A DNA stretch of 7,872 bases, from positions 1 to 7,872 of the forward strand of contig NW_021828711.1 of the NCBI RefSeq assembly GCF_006345805.1. The letters run 5' to 3'. The DNA comes from Octopus sinensis (Eukaryota). The notes beneath the pieces were generated by a model. That model saw only the letters and a list, made by a program, of their open reading frames with translations. It was not told the DNA's origin and ran no database searches. Position numbers and translations under genes: made by a program. This document shows, piece after piece, positions 7,233 through 7,872 of this stretch; positions within the stretch are counted from its first letter, which is position 1, and every line of letters begins with the position of its first letter.

Positions 7233-7585
7233 ATATCGAATGCCGATAACCTTGGTTTTTAGCGTAAATCGTATGGAGCAAAGGTCGAAACTTAGAATAG
7301 ACTATGCGATTTTTAAAGAATATATTTCGCCAACTGAGTTCTGTATAGGATTGCAAACTTTCCCTCTCACCCTCTGCCATAGATATATATATACAAATTG
7401 AGATAGGGGTTGTAAATGCAACCCTCCATGGGATAACATATCCAATATACTGCTAGTGAAGTACCCAACAAAGTTAATACATACATGTTAAGAATTGCGA
7501 TGCAATTAATTCATTTACTGTATTATATGGGCAAAGGTAAAATGTTTTACCACAAATTCATAAATGTTCACGTATACGCATATAA

Positions 7586-7639
7586 TTGTGTGTATATATA
7601 TATATATATGTCTGCATGTATATATATTATATATATACG

Positions 7640-7696
<57 letters not shown>

Positions 7697-7706
7697 TTGT
7701 GTGTGT
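7586..7706. repeat. (TA)n-(TG)n compound microsatellite
   Basis: Directly visible. Confidence 0.95.
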
Positions 7707-7872
7707 AAATAGATAAACAATTAGAAAATCGGAAAAAACACAGATTAACCAACACATCGATTGGACCACATTTCTAATTGAATTTCCAAAATACAATCTA
7801 TAAATAAATGCCTGGGGATATTACATGTAACGGTTAATACATAAGGATATTTTATCCCTTAGTTGGTTAGTA

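Noticed and set aside
7159-7380. ORF MAEGERESLQ... (-)
   Set aside because: No recognisable homology; it ends in a TA microsatellite and has no supporting exon structure.
7407-7460. Small hairpins followed by CTAGT, with weak resemblance to 4850-4875 (-)
   Set aside because: Stems are only 5-7 bp and the similarity is within chance for AT-rich DNA.
1-7872. CRISPR array, prokaryotic operon or autonomous transposon ORF
   Set aside because: No regularly spaced repeat-spacer units and no RT, transposase or endonuclease coding sequence visible.

Overview
AT-rich, microsatellite-saturated, apparently non-coding eukaryotic DNA. The repeat families match my recollection of octopus/coleoid cephalopod repeats (not verified by search). 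No convincing protein-coding gene is present, and the ORFs in the track are microsatellite or repeat artefacts. The window holds one near-complete tRNA-derived SINE (2899-3128, +), three copies plus a fragment of a second tRNA-derived SINE with an internal microsatellite (- strand), and a decayed third SINE (4552-4720). The main finding is four related, degenerate minimal hammerhead-ribozyme motifs (945-979 +, 1401-1433 -, 1502-1537 +, 4375-4409 +). They have the form CUGANGA-A-GAGC-loop-GCUC-GAAACGUH and sit in short repeats resembling Penelope-like element pseudo-LTR remnants; two form a head-to-head ~96-bp inverted repeat. A YY1/ETS/DR0 motif cluster at 1180-1281 may mark a promoter.
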